Assembly (NCBI GenBank): GCA_030141605.1
Contig: JAQGDQ010000387.1
Span: 124,001-188,000, forward strand
Length of the DNA: 64,000 bases
Direction of reading: 5' to 3'
DNA from: Tubiluchus corallicola
Lineage: Eukaryota > Animalia > Priapulida
The first letter of the stretch is position 1, and the number at the start of each line of letters is the position of its first letter. The notes under the pieces were generated by a model, which was not told the DNA's origin, searched no databases, and saw nothing but the letters and a program-made list of their open reading frames with translations. Of the stretch, positions 42,701-53,700 are shown piece by piece. The translations under genes and the position numbers were made by a program.

Positions 42701-44006
42701 AAATTTCTGAAAACGTGATGCCCAGCGATGTAAAAATGTGATGCTAAAATTGGCAAAAATCGCTTGTCTTTTGGAGTGGTGTGTCTGGAGTCTCTAAAGG
42801 AATAGGAAATTTCACAACTTGATGTTCAATACTCTTCTTGAACTTGACTTTTAGTAAAGTTTTAACTCAGTCAGTCTTCAATAATATTAAAATTCAGTTC
42901 TAAGATGAATTTTAATTATGCATAAAGAACCAGTGTAAGTAAAGTAGTGTTCGTTTAGTCTTTCTTGAATTTTTGCTCCCAAGACTAGTTTTTGTTATTA
43001 GTTGACAATAAATAGTTGTGTACGGGGTGGTACACTGGCATACTAATGTGATGCTGTATTGTTAACTTATATCGCACAAAATCAGTGAACAAGCCTATTA
43101 TTATTGTTATCACTATTATTATTATTATAAAAGTTATTATTGTATCATAACATTGCTAAAAGAATAGAAGATCAAAGCTTGACACTCAACATGGCACTCA
43201 ATCAGGTTTTGAAGTTTGAATTTGAAGTTTCACAACTTGGCTTACAAATTTGGTGCCGAAACATATTTAAATATATCTGCATGTGAACCATAAACCATTT
43301 CACCTGGTAAGGCATTTTAATATAGGACAACTGTTAACAGAAAAAGTGGTCCACAGTGTCAGTTTGAAAAAGAGAGGCTGTATGAGAAGCTGAATTTTTT
43401 AGACTAAATGTCTATTGTGTGTAGAATTCTATATGTTGCAAGCAATATGCATATTTTTTGCTTCATTGTAACGGTTCTTTGTTTATGTAACGTACCCATA
43501 TACCCACTCACTATGGGCACACAGCAAAATGTTACTTGCCGGGTACAATTCTGTATATTTACTAATATCGTTGAATTTTTTCTTATTGTGAAAATGATAA
43601 ATTCAATATTCAGTGATGACATCAGCACAAGCCAATCTGGTTGTCAGGACAAAGTGTCCTTCGACCACAATTAATGCAGTTTTAAGACAAAGTCCAATTC
43701 ACTTTTAAGTCTTAATTCCTGTTGCTGCTTTTGGTTTTGTACAGGTTTCTGTTACTCCACTTACCACTAAGTTTGCTGTTTTCTTACCAAATTTTATATC
43801 TTTTAGTTCATGTTCCAATACAATTTCCATCTGTGAAGCCACATATTCAGTTCCAGTCAATCTATCACCAGGTGGGAGGTAAACTGTAGGACTATCCGTA
43901 CAGCCCCAGGTGGAGCGGAAATGAGATGGCAACCAGATTACGGAAGTTTATGTTGGATAGTATTGTGGAGTTTCGCAACAGGTCTTGCAGATCCGGTCAC
44001 ATCTGA
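32465..44006 (+). CDS. BABAM2: BRISC/BRCA1-A complex member 2 (BRE/BRCC45), 9 exons, in-frame TAG at 43887-43889
   Basis: Exons 32465-32589, 33582-33673, 34176-34267, 35005-35199 (alternative donor 35193), 35917-35991, 40815-40918, 41533-41632, 42504-42657, 43807-44006. Motifs [82 protein letters not shown]. Confidence 0.93.
33704..34093. mobile_element. MITE, second copy of 7095-7487
   Basis: AGTAAGTCTTTTCA / TGAAAATGCTTATT termini and aligned internal blocks. Confidence 0.78.
35450..35625. repeat. Imperfect (GT/GC/AT) alternating purine-pyrimidine microsatellite
   Basis: Long TGTGTGCGTGCATG-type tract. Confidence 0.85.
36924..37592. mobile_element. Degenerate hAT-like MITE
   Basis: CAGGTATGTTACC vs the reverse complement of the other end, GAGGGATGTTGCC. 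Flanks CTAATTAC / GTAATTTC. Subterminal ACCGAAA repeats. Confidence 0.45.
38243..39211 (-). CDS. Class A (rhodopsin-family) GPCR, single coding exon, 322 aa, nested antisense in BABAM2 intron 5
   Basis: First ATG at 39211 (the ORF-track start at 39250 is TTG). N-terminal sequons NIT and NNS. Seven hydrophobic segments with SN (TM1), NLAAAD (TM2), ERYLAIVYP (TM3), W (TM4), FWLP (TM6), NSFINVFVY (TM7) and helix-8 FRKA. Probable 5' UTR intron 39414-39260 (CAG|GTAAGT ... TTGTAG). Confidence 0.92.
   Translation of the reverse strand: MNQDNSINITSNNSDGIVCIVMNDNAAAVTTTTLNTLLGVGTLFSNFLVLTTIIRTPSLHQVPFFFMANLAAADSLTGFGMLTLAIGFLMDLRCSVNFCTFLMCLLMLNINSSVVFYLSVTVERYLAIVYPFLYLRWVTQKRANIVCLLSWIYASITSAIAYVTYQLSNSTGYYCISFTGYFGKFMFFINNFHFIIVTLLQTFCYYGIIKVALKQQRAIEAASNSLSVISENEVNNFLYKMKIVKVFGVTVVLYIGFWLPFLVLYEIHFLRCELCFTPSISKVFALLLLLPLNNSFINVFVYAGQLTTFRKAMKAVLKCQRT
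39680..39712. repeat. (TA)n microsatellite
   Basis: About 16 TA units. Confidence 0.95.
40055..40291. repeat. Minisatellite, 4 x 59 bp, rich in TGACC/AGGTCA
   Basis: Unit TCACTGTTTCATCCATGACCCATAGGTCAAGGCACTGAAGGTCA(T/C)GATTTCACCTCTAT with starts at 40055, 40114, 40173, 40232. Confidence 0.93.
41076..41125 (+). pseudogene. Degenerate 5S rRNA-like fragment, possible SINE3 head
   Basis: GATC..AAGTTAAGCA..CTGAGCTTGGTCAG..ATGGATTGGTG resembles the 5S box A / intermediate element / box C region. Confidence 0.4.
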
Positions 44007-44262
44007 GACAAATTTTCGAAGCATGGATGTCAATAGAATTTTTCATTGTGGTCTTTCTAAAGGAATGCGTCTTCTAAAATGTAGTTGTGCTATTCTCTGA
44101 TAAAGCCAGCAAACTTCTATTTCACATCGAACTAAATCATCATTTGATGTAACCAAGTGCTCAAAGACATGACACACGTTTTAACTTTACAGTAATAATA
44201 ATAACATGCCTGGTATAAATCAGGTTTGAAACCAATTGCAGTTCATTATAATTTTTCGCATT

Positions 44263-44988
44263 CAGTAAGTCCTCGCTTAACGATGCTAGTGCGTTTCAGC
44301 AAAATGTGACGTTAAGCAAAACGTCGTTAAATGAAACCAAGACTTCCGTAGAAACTAATATAAAGGAATTGAGATACATTCGCGAGGCAAAAATCTATCC
44401 AGTTTAAACTACATAAATTAAACGTTTTATGAGTTTTATTCATATTTCTACTGATTAATTTCTTTCTGTTTGCTTGAAAATGGTCTTACCAATACCTAGC
44501 TAGACTTGTTTGTGGTTTCTCTTTCGCCAATGTTGAAGCCCTTGATACAGGCAGTTAGTGGTTCAACACTGGCTTGTGAACGCCAAGCCCTGGAATGACC
44601 TTGGGATAATTTCATAAATGTAGTACTAGCTGGTGGCTATAGCAACAGGTTGCAGACAAATTTCCGTGGCGGAAAGTTTAAACTCGGGTGTGTGGAAGGG
44701 TATAAATACAATTCGCTTTATACAAACAGCTAGCATTTAGTGCGTAGTCAGTCAGGAAGCAAAAACATATGATAATTGTATTGTTTCGTGTTACTAGTAC
44801 GTTCTTAGAACAGAATAATGCAATATAAACCATATTTAATGCTCCAAATAGTTGTTTATAAAATAAAAAATGGCTTTCACCAAGGTAAAAAAAGGTTAAA
44901 GTAAATGTGCATTGTTGAGGTGTCAAATGTTCAGCATTGCTAAAACGAAACGTCGCTAAACGAGGAGTCATTTAGCAAGGATTTACTG
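44263..44988. mobile_element. pogo/Tigger-like MITE
   Basis: CAGTAAGTCCTCGCTTAACGA / TCATTTAGCAAGGATTTACTG-TA termini. Confidence 0.7.
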
Positions 44989-45324
44989 TAATTGTAGTTA
45001 TATTCGAATTGTAATAGCTGAGCAAACTAGTAATCGCTAGTTGTAATTGTACTTATTGTAGTCAGTAATTAATTTCTGTACAGAGTTGATTTGAAGGCAA
45101 AAATAAACTAAATTATTATTCATCAACCACTTCTGCTATTTATTGATAACTAATGAGTTTTATGGAGTCATTCTGCCAACTAGTAATTATAGCTTAAGTT
45201 AGTTACATTATTGTATACTGCCTTCCCCTTTGATATCGTTACATAGCTGTGCAAGTGATGTTACATATCCACAATTAATTAAATTACGATACCAGACGTG
45301 AAAGAGACAGTGTGAAAATGCTCA

Positions 45325-45392
45325 GATGCAGCCTGCATTTGAACCAGGGTTTTGCTGACATTGCAAATCCCTCACACCACTAAGCCACTGCA
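45325..45392 (-). mobile_element. Degenerate tRNA-derived SINE head
   Basis: Minus-strand TGGCTTAGTGG (A box) and GGTTCAAATGC (B box). No intact cloverleaf. Confidence 0.4.
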
Positions 45393-46109
45393 TTTCCCAG
45401 TGGTCAAGGCAGCCCAATTTTTCGAGCCTTGAAAAGGCTGAATTTGGATAGCCAACAATAAGGATGAACATCGGCCTTCTGGGACGTCAGGGAAATGTTG
45501 CGGTCTAGTCGAATAAGGCGTCTGCAATAGCATTCCTTACTTCTTATACATGTATATCTATTTGGTTTTCTTATGAGGATGATGGTGCAGCCCTACCGAT
45601 ATTGCAGTGCACTTTTTAAATCATGATGACCTAGTCTTTGAACAACAGCGCTTGTTCCGACCACAATCACCAAGTTTACACAACAGTTCTTTGAGTATGA
45701 TTATAATTATCATACTCATACTGTGACTAAACTGTGAATACGCCAATGAAATGTCATCGTGACGAAAAAGACGTAAATAAAGTACAAAGTTTACAAACAT
45801 GTTCTTCGGACCCTGTTTAGCAGTGAGAGGCGTAGTGAAAAACCACTTTACATCGGTCTTACGCTTTGGTCATACACTGTGACTTCAAGAAGATTTCTTG
45901 TATTATCAATTTATCACATGTTATAGAAAATGAATGTCGAGCATTTAAGACAAAATACTTTAATTTAGATGAAAATTAAAGTCAGTGGCTTGTCACCACC
46001 ACTGCTTATTCAAGTCCTGGCATAGGGAGGTGAGCAGAATCATGTCACTGGACGTGTGATTCATTGGATGAGAATATGAATGTAGATTCATTTAACCAGA
46101 CGCATACAT

Positions 46110-47278
46110 GACAGATTAAATGGCAACATTCCACCAATCAAGCTGCATATAGGGAGGGACGTAGCACTACTTAACTAATAATGTCAGCAAAATACTAGCA
46201 GAAAAAGCAGTCACATCTATTTCTTATCAAATCACGATCTTGTTACTTAATATTATGATTAAGGCGTTTGATACTGTAGAAAGAGGAATTCTGTTTGATG
46301 ACCTATAAACCGTATTACAACCAGATGAAATGCACATTATTACAATTTTACTAAAGGATGTTAAACATACTGTAAAAGTTGGGAACACCTTAAAAAGAAC
46401 TTTTAGCACGAATATTGGGATCCCTCAGGGGGACTGTCTTAGTCCAATACTTTTCAATGCCCTTAAGGTCCAAACTCCTCCAAATGATGATCATGATTAT
46501 GATACCACTGTCTCTGATAACCTTTTTCAACATATTCTGGATCAGTGCTATCCTGCTTTGTAATCCTATGAACCATTCCTTATTGATCAACAATATGCAG
46601 ATGATATTGTATGGATTAATCTATCAAATTTTCAAACTAACACAACTAAAATTGATTTTCCAAAAAAACTAGAAAAAAGAAATCTTCAAGTAAACGAGGC
46701 AAAAACAAAAGAATATATTAGTGCAAGAGATGGTAATCAGTCGTGGAAAAAGTGCAAGTACATGTTCACTTTTCTAAGCACCGAAGATGATATTAAAAGC
46801 AGAAAGCAACAAGAAATTAAGTCTTAACGTAAGACTTCGATTATTTAATGCTTACGTTACCAGCATATTTATGTACAACAGCAAAACTTGAGGTTTAATG
46901 ATTACTCAAGAAAAGCAGATTGAAACATTTCATAGAAGTCTTCTTAGGAAAGTTTCAAAGATAAGAGTGGCCATACATAATAAAAAATGGAGATTTACAC
47001 ACCAGAACAAAAAAAAATTTCTTGGAGTTTAAAAGTCAAGATCCGAAGATTAAGATGGCTAGGACATCTTCTAAGAATACCAAATGAAGCACCAGTAAGA
47101 ATCAACTTGGATAGCTAAGATAAATAACGATGTTCAACAACTTCAACCAAACCTATCTTTAGGAGTAGAAGAACTTACGCTGTTAGCCGCAGATAGAAGT
47201 GGGTGGAATGCTCTGATAAACATTGATACCTCAATGCCTACTATAGGTGGAAAGAGATTAAGAATGAAGAAGAAGAAA
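46110..47278 (+). mobile_element. Decayed, 5'-truncated RTE-like LINE
   Basis: Frameshifted RT remnants QAAYR.GRST, KAFDTV, GIPQGDCLSPILF, YADD, LRLFNAYV, RLRWLGHLLR. GAA-rich tail at ~47262-47278. Confidence 0.85.
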
Positions 47279-48300
47279 TTTGATTGACATTTTTTCGCTA
47301 CGAGAAATCCATGTGAAATTAACAGAAAATTATTCTTTAAACAACAAGCATAAAGTATTTTTGCATGGAGATAACACAAGCGCTCATGCTAGAGTGGGTT
47401 TTGTTCATTTTGTGGACTTTAATTGCACACTATTAGTATCACAAATTCAAGAGAGTTATTGCTGTTAAAATTTGTATAAAAAACAAGCAAATCACTATGA
47501 CTGTGAACCCAAATTAAGAGTTGCTTTTTATAATGATCTGGATAACTTCATGAATCTCAAGGTTTTGTTATTTTCATTTCAGATTCAAGATTAATTTAAT
47601 TATTGTAATAATAGTTTTAAATTTCCTACTTTTGTAAATACAAATTTAGAAAGAGAAATGTCATGTTTATGTAGAATTGAGTTATAAGCCTAGCCATAAA
47701 AGTAAAAATCTGGGCTTCTTTAAACCAAACTGGCACTATGACACTCATACCTTTTGATTTTTAAGTTGGTGTTTTCTGCTTCAGAGTTTCGATTATTTTT
47801 AGGTTAGGACTTTTTAGCTTCACTCTATGCAAAATGCCATGACTTAAAAGCAGACCTACATCGAGGGTTCATTTCACTTTCAGAATATAATGAAGAATAT
47901 AATGAATATTATGAACAGTAAAATGGTAATTAGTTTTTTTGCCGGCGCACGGTTAATAACGATGAATTGTTACAGATGCATGAATCCAACTCAGTGCCAG
48001 ACAGTCTGCCTGCTTGGCACTTGTCTGCTATCGTACACACGTGTTGGCAGGTGTATCACAATATAGTATAAAGTTAAGCGCAGTACACAGCCCTATCTTG
48101 TACCTAGCGAGCATGTCATAATTATAATATGTTGTAATTGACGAAGCGGAAAGTTGATTTGATGTCTAAATAGTGAAAATCAGACTACAGTTTTAAGCAG
48201 CCTGTGACATGCAATATGCTAACAAAATATTCACGCAAAAGGAAGACTATTGGACAAAACTATTTTGAGTGGGTGATTCAGGCTGGAACATGTTGTAATA

Positions 48301-49289
48301 CAGTAGGCGCCGCTTAATAGAGTCACGGTTAATAAACTCAATAACTTAATTGACTTAAAAACTTCTGTTACGGGTCGCTTCTATTCTAATGTACATAAAA
48401 ACTGTCGGTAATTGACTCAAATAACGCCTCTCATAATTGACTCAATATTTTTCCTTCACATGCTTCAGTAAGACACTTTCCTTCCTGTGACTAATAAGCT
48501 TTTATGACTCGTATCATCTTAATTTGCTTTTCACCTTATTTTATGCATACAGTCATGTCAAGAACCATTTTGTTTGTGAACAAGAACATTTATCATATGC
48601 AATTATGCTAGTCTATTTTTTTCCTTTGACCCACCCGTCCACTGCAATCAACCTCGTTACCCAAGAATTCCTTTAGTCACTTGCTTAGCAGTTTTGCTTT
48701 TGAAACTCTGGTTGTCTTTGCCAGAAAGCTTAATCAGTTAGCTGGTGCTGTTATGCTAGGGACACGGGTACAGTACAGTTAGTAGGTCACGATAGCAAGC
48801 GGGATCTTAGGCGAAACTACAGACAAAGTTGCAGGGAAACACGGACTCCATCAACAGTTTAAGCACACCAAGTACTAAGTATTTTAGCAGAATTTGTGCA
48901 TCATACAACAAAGCTTTCGTTTTTATCATTATGAGAATTTTGGAAGCCAACTTCTTTGCGATGAAATGAAGCAGCCGACTTAGAAGGAATTTTTGTAATT
49001 TTTGCAAATAAGCAGATGTGTGATTTAGAAAAGTATACTTTTTAATATATTGCTCATTCACTTATATAAATTAATATTTTAAAATGTTTTTTAATTTTTA
49101 ACTGCATAAAGGAACTTAGGCATTACTTCGTTTCTAAAATTCATTAAAATCCTTCGCAGTGCATAGTAAACTGGTGACTCACACTTCTGTACCAGTAATA
49201 CTACACCCATCGGTTCATAAGTTCAGTCGGTTAATTGGGTCAAAACACTTCTGTCCTAAAGCAAGTCTACTATTAAGCGGTGCCTACTG
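48301..49289. mobile_element. pogo/Tigger-like non-autonomous transposon
   Basis: TIR CAGTAGGCGCCGCTTAATAG / CTATTAAGCGGTGCCTACTG with TA on both sides. Confidence 0.88.
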
Positions 49290-50784
49290 TAAATGCATAC
49301 TGGTATATAATTCCGTTCTGCACATTTAATTTCACTTGCTGTTGTTTGGACAAACCTCTAATTTGCCAATTCGAGCCATTGCCAAACTTTCCGTTTTAGT
49401 CGAAGTAGATCGGACATAGGAAAAATTGTTTTGCTTACAAGCCATACTGAACAAAACACACAAGATTTACACTGGATTTCTTTATTTTTGGTCTTAGCCC
49501 TATATTGAAGAATGATGTATTGCCAGCACAAAGTGAACTGCTGTAATTTGTTAGCATGGACCATTAATATAGCAGTATCATTAAACTAGAAAAGTTTGCA
49601 AGTTTTTGAGATAATTGCTCTGCAGTATATGGTAATTAATAGTCCGCTATGCTGTAGTTACATAATATGGCTGCACTGTATACCGGTTGTTTTTTGTGTC
49701 ACAGTTTACAGTTGCATTAGTTTTTACATTTACTGTGGGACATTGTTGCTGCAAGGAATTAGAAATTCTGTATATGATCATTGATTTTAAAGATTTTGTC
49801 ACCGCTGATTGAATAAGATTTTCTTTGGTGAGTTTAGCTCTTTATAACAACAAAAGTTCTCTCTTAACTAATGAATTGGGTCTTTTGAACCACGTAGGAC
49901 TTTGTGGTCAAACCAAGTTGAACAACAGTCCTGAAATATCATTGCCGGGCCAACCAAACTGAAAGGTTCAGCAGTTTGACTCCGCTCAGTCGAACGGTTC
50001 GTCCCACAACTGTCATTTGCTTCCTCTGTGTTCACAACAACATTTGAGAGCAATGTGTGGACCTGTAAATATTTTATTCCACGTTAGGGTGGGGGTTAAG
50101 AAGGCCTTGGTTAGGATGTAAATATAAATGTGTTTGAAAAAGAAAAACCTTTAGTTGGTTGTTAATCGACTTTTTATTTTCTAGGCATTTCTTTAGTCGT
50201 CACAAAAGTTAGGACGAATTACAACGTATTTTCTGTTAATGACATGTCACTACCTGCGACCATGCAAATTAAATAGCAGTAGTGCTTGTATGAATTAATG
50301 CAGGTTTAGGATATAATCTTTGGTTCGGTTAAACAAAAACATAAAATGTACCTTCGATGCACTTCTTTTTGAACAAGGAGATGCAGGTGAGAAAGTGTAA
50401 TAGTGCCAGCTAAACTTTGCAATTATCCTAAGTTTTCCTAAGGAATTGGCAGTGACTGACAAAGTCATGACATGTCTGCCCAAATTGCTAAAAATATAGG
50501 CAATTGACAATTACAAATGAAATCTGTGTCAAAATCAGTACAGTCAATCCAATTTCACAAATCCTATTGATTAACATTTTGTTAATATTTTTTACCTCAG
50601 TAATGTCACTTATGTATCCTCAGAAGTTTGTTTCTAGGTGATGACAATCAAGCCACTGTTAGCATTTAAGCTAAATGTGTATAATTCCTTACAATTGAAT
50701 ATTTTTTATCTCTTGCATTTTGTTTCTAGCTTCTGGTAATCATTACCAGTCAATCTGCTGGAGACAATTAATAAAACACCAAAC

Positions 50785-53700
50785 ATGTGGAAACATGTCT
50801 CATCTACAATGCTGCAGTTTCGGATGTTGAAAAGTCTGCGCAGAAATTATGATTGTTTCAAAATGCTATCATGTGCCGTTCCGTGGTTAGTACTATGATT
50901 AGGTCGCAAAAAGTTTATCATTTTAGTTCTTATGTACAGTTTGTACACTACCCTCTGCTGTGCTGCTGTCACTGTAACAACATAGAAAAATACCAATCGC
51001 AAGTATTTTTTTGTCTGCTTTATGGCAGTTTTTTTTTGCTTGTAGTGTGCTGAGTAAAAGTAATAATGTTTCCCAAGTGTTTGTGGTGTCTTAGTGTAAA
51101 TCTTGATCTAGTGTACAGTTTACAAAATTGCCTGTGGATATATTAAACCATTCATATCTTACTTTGTGACCGAACTAAATTATATTTTATAAGCATCATA
51201 TTGTCTATAAATATTTTATAAAAAGTACCCATGAATCATTCTATCTGCAAGTGTTCTTGCACATTATGGACTTTTAAGCCAGTTTGTATGCTTCATCAGC
51301 ATTAATGTTAGCAAGCCGGAAATATAAATAAAGTGCTTTTAATAAAAACCAATAAAATATACGCATTTCTCTTAATAAACCAAACTTTTATTCTAGGTTG
51401 CAAAATTAAGCAATGCATAAAGCCAAAAAGTGAAGTAGGTTTAAAGGATTGTAAATTTTTGTAATGTTCCTTCTGTTCAAAAAGTGTCAAACTTCACAAC
51501 AGGAAACAGTAATTTTGCTAATATTTAAAAAATTCTAGTGTGCCTAAGACATCATCAGAAGGGTAACATAGATAGATCCGATAAGATAAATCACGAAATT
51601 TCTTTTGTTTTTATTAGTATTCATTTCCTGCTGTATCATTTTTTCTAGCACACAGCACGTTTGTTCAGTCTGTCAGCAATGTCATAATCGGCACTTTTCA
51701 ACATCAAACGTTTTGCAGAAGAAAAAGAAGTCTCGGCTGACTAAGATGTTGGTAAGTTGAGAAAACATCTATAGATGGCGCTCATGGTTTAGTTCCTGTG
51801 TAACATTTCTATATTAGCAGTTACTGATGGCAAAATTTTGCAGACAATAATGAATAGGTCTGTTTGTTCATTACCTGTTAGGCTTCTGTTAAATACATAA
51901 TTAGTGCATCATGTTTTATACTGCAGGCTCTGCCTGTAAACTGGTTGTATGTTTGTAAAAATTTACCATTGATGATGACAGCAGTAGCTCTGTCGAAACG
52001 TTTAACATGATTTTTTAACTCTGTAAACTAAAATTTTTACTAAAGTTGTACTGTTTTAATTATAAATATTTGAAAGTGCCTGTAATGAAAAAAGTTATTA
52101 AAATAAGGACTAGATGGAATATGAGTAGATTTTTTTAAAATCACAGCAATAATGTCGATCTGCTTGCTATTTTACAGCAGAAAGATCTTCCGCATAAACT
52201 CAAACTCAGAGATCCATATAACGTGAGACCGAAACCAAAACAGCCAAAACTGCACGTCGGGTCGGTCATTATCCGTGCAGGTGTTACCGTACAGGAAGTT
52301 GCTGACGCTGTCGAAAAATCAATAGGTAAGAATACCTGAAAGTACCAGTGGAAAGCACCCCTGTTCTGTAATGAAATAATAATTATTTGCTGTAATTTAC
52401 GAGGTAGTAGCAATAAAATTATTATTTTCATGATTATAACACAAATAGACTGAAGCTAAATGTCCTTTTACAGATTCAAGTTCATTGTGCTCTCTAAATC
52501 TAGAAGACAGTATTGTTGATGTGTTAGATAACTTTCATATTAACTGTGTATTATAACATATAAACTTTCACGTGAAAAAGGTGTGCAGTTTTTTTTTACT
52601 TTTTCAAGATTCAAGATCTTCTCATTACGAAAAAATCAGGAAAATATTTTTTGAGCAGTTATGTGGAACAAACAAAATTTCAGTACTCCCGGGTACGGGA
52701 TTGCTTTACATGTCTGACAGATCAGAACTAATTTTCTTATTCTGCAATATAAAGAGCTACTGCTTTACCAAAACAGTAAACAGTAAATTATTTATTCTAA
52801 AATTTGACTGCTGACGGTCCTGTGGTCATTGTATCATTGTTGTCCAAATGATGATCAATATTCAAAACAAGGAAATTGTGGATTATTATTTGATAATAGC
52901 AAGTTCACCAGATAGCAAAACTTTAGAATAATGTTTATCTGTTATTTGGCTGTATCCTCGATCAGTCTCTGTCGAACACCTCATTTTGTAGTTGTCACCG
53001 GTGTTATTAGATTACATTAATAAGTGTTTATTTACGTTAACTGAAAATATTTGCAGATGACGTTTTTGAAGCAATGATGTATATTGAAAACTACAACACT
53101 GACAAGTACGATAACCCCAGTGCAGGTTTGTATAAACACTTTGATTTTCTATCTCATTTCTGTAAGTGCTTTTCGTTATTGTAATCCTTACTGGTATTGC
53201 ACACAAGGTGTTTTTTATAGTATTCTCAATACTTTTTAGAGATGCTGGAAGCAAGACATGGGAACAGAGTAATTAAAAGATATGATTTTTATTAAAATCT
53301 CATTCTTGGCGCACAATCCATTGTCTTTCGAGACAGAAGGATGCCAACAACAACAATTCTGTGAAGCTATCAGATGTGTGTTTTTTTACTCTTTAAACAC
53401 ATGTACACAAAGATTTTGTAAAAATTCAACTTTTTGTCGGAAATGTTCTGTTACTGGTTTTTATTGTTATGAATTTTCTTAAATTTCCATTTTAGCTCAT
53501 CGATCTGCGTAATTTGAATGTAGAATATATAAAACTTTGTCTACACATGCTGTTTGTTGCAGTAATTGACGACGTGAATGTAGTTCGAGAATTAGTGAAA
53601 CGTTGCAGGCATATGTACCCCACTCGTGTCGCTGCCAAGCATAAAGATAAAGAAGACAGGGACGCTCAACGAAGGTATCAATTTTTCTTTGTAAATTTTG

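Noticed and set aside
43887-43889. Genome-wide TAG reassignment or selenocysteine/pyrrolysine recoding
   Set aside because: No other in-frame TAG was found in the exons traced here, Sec uses TGA, Pyl is not known in animals, and the stop coincides with an alignment gap.
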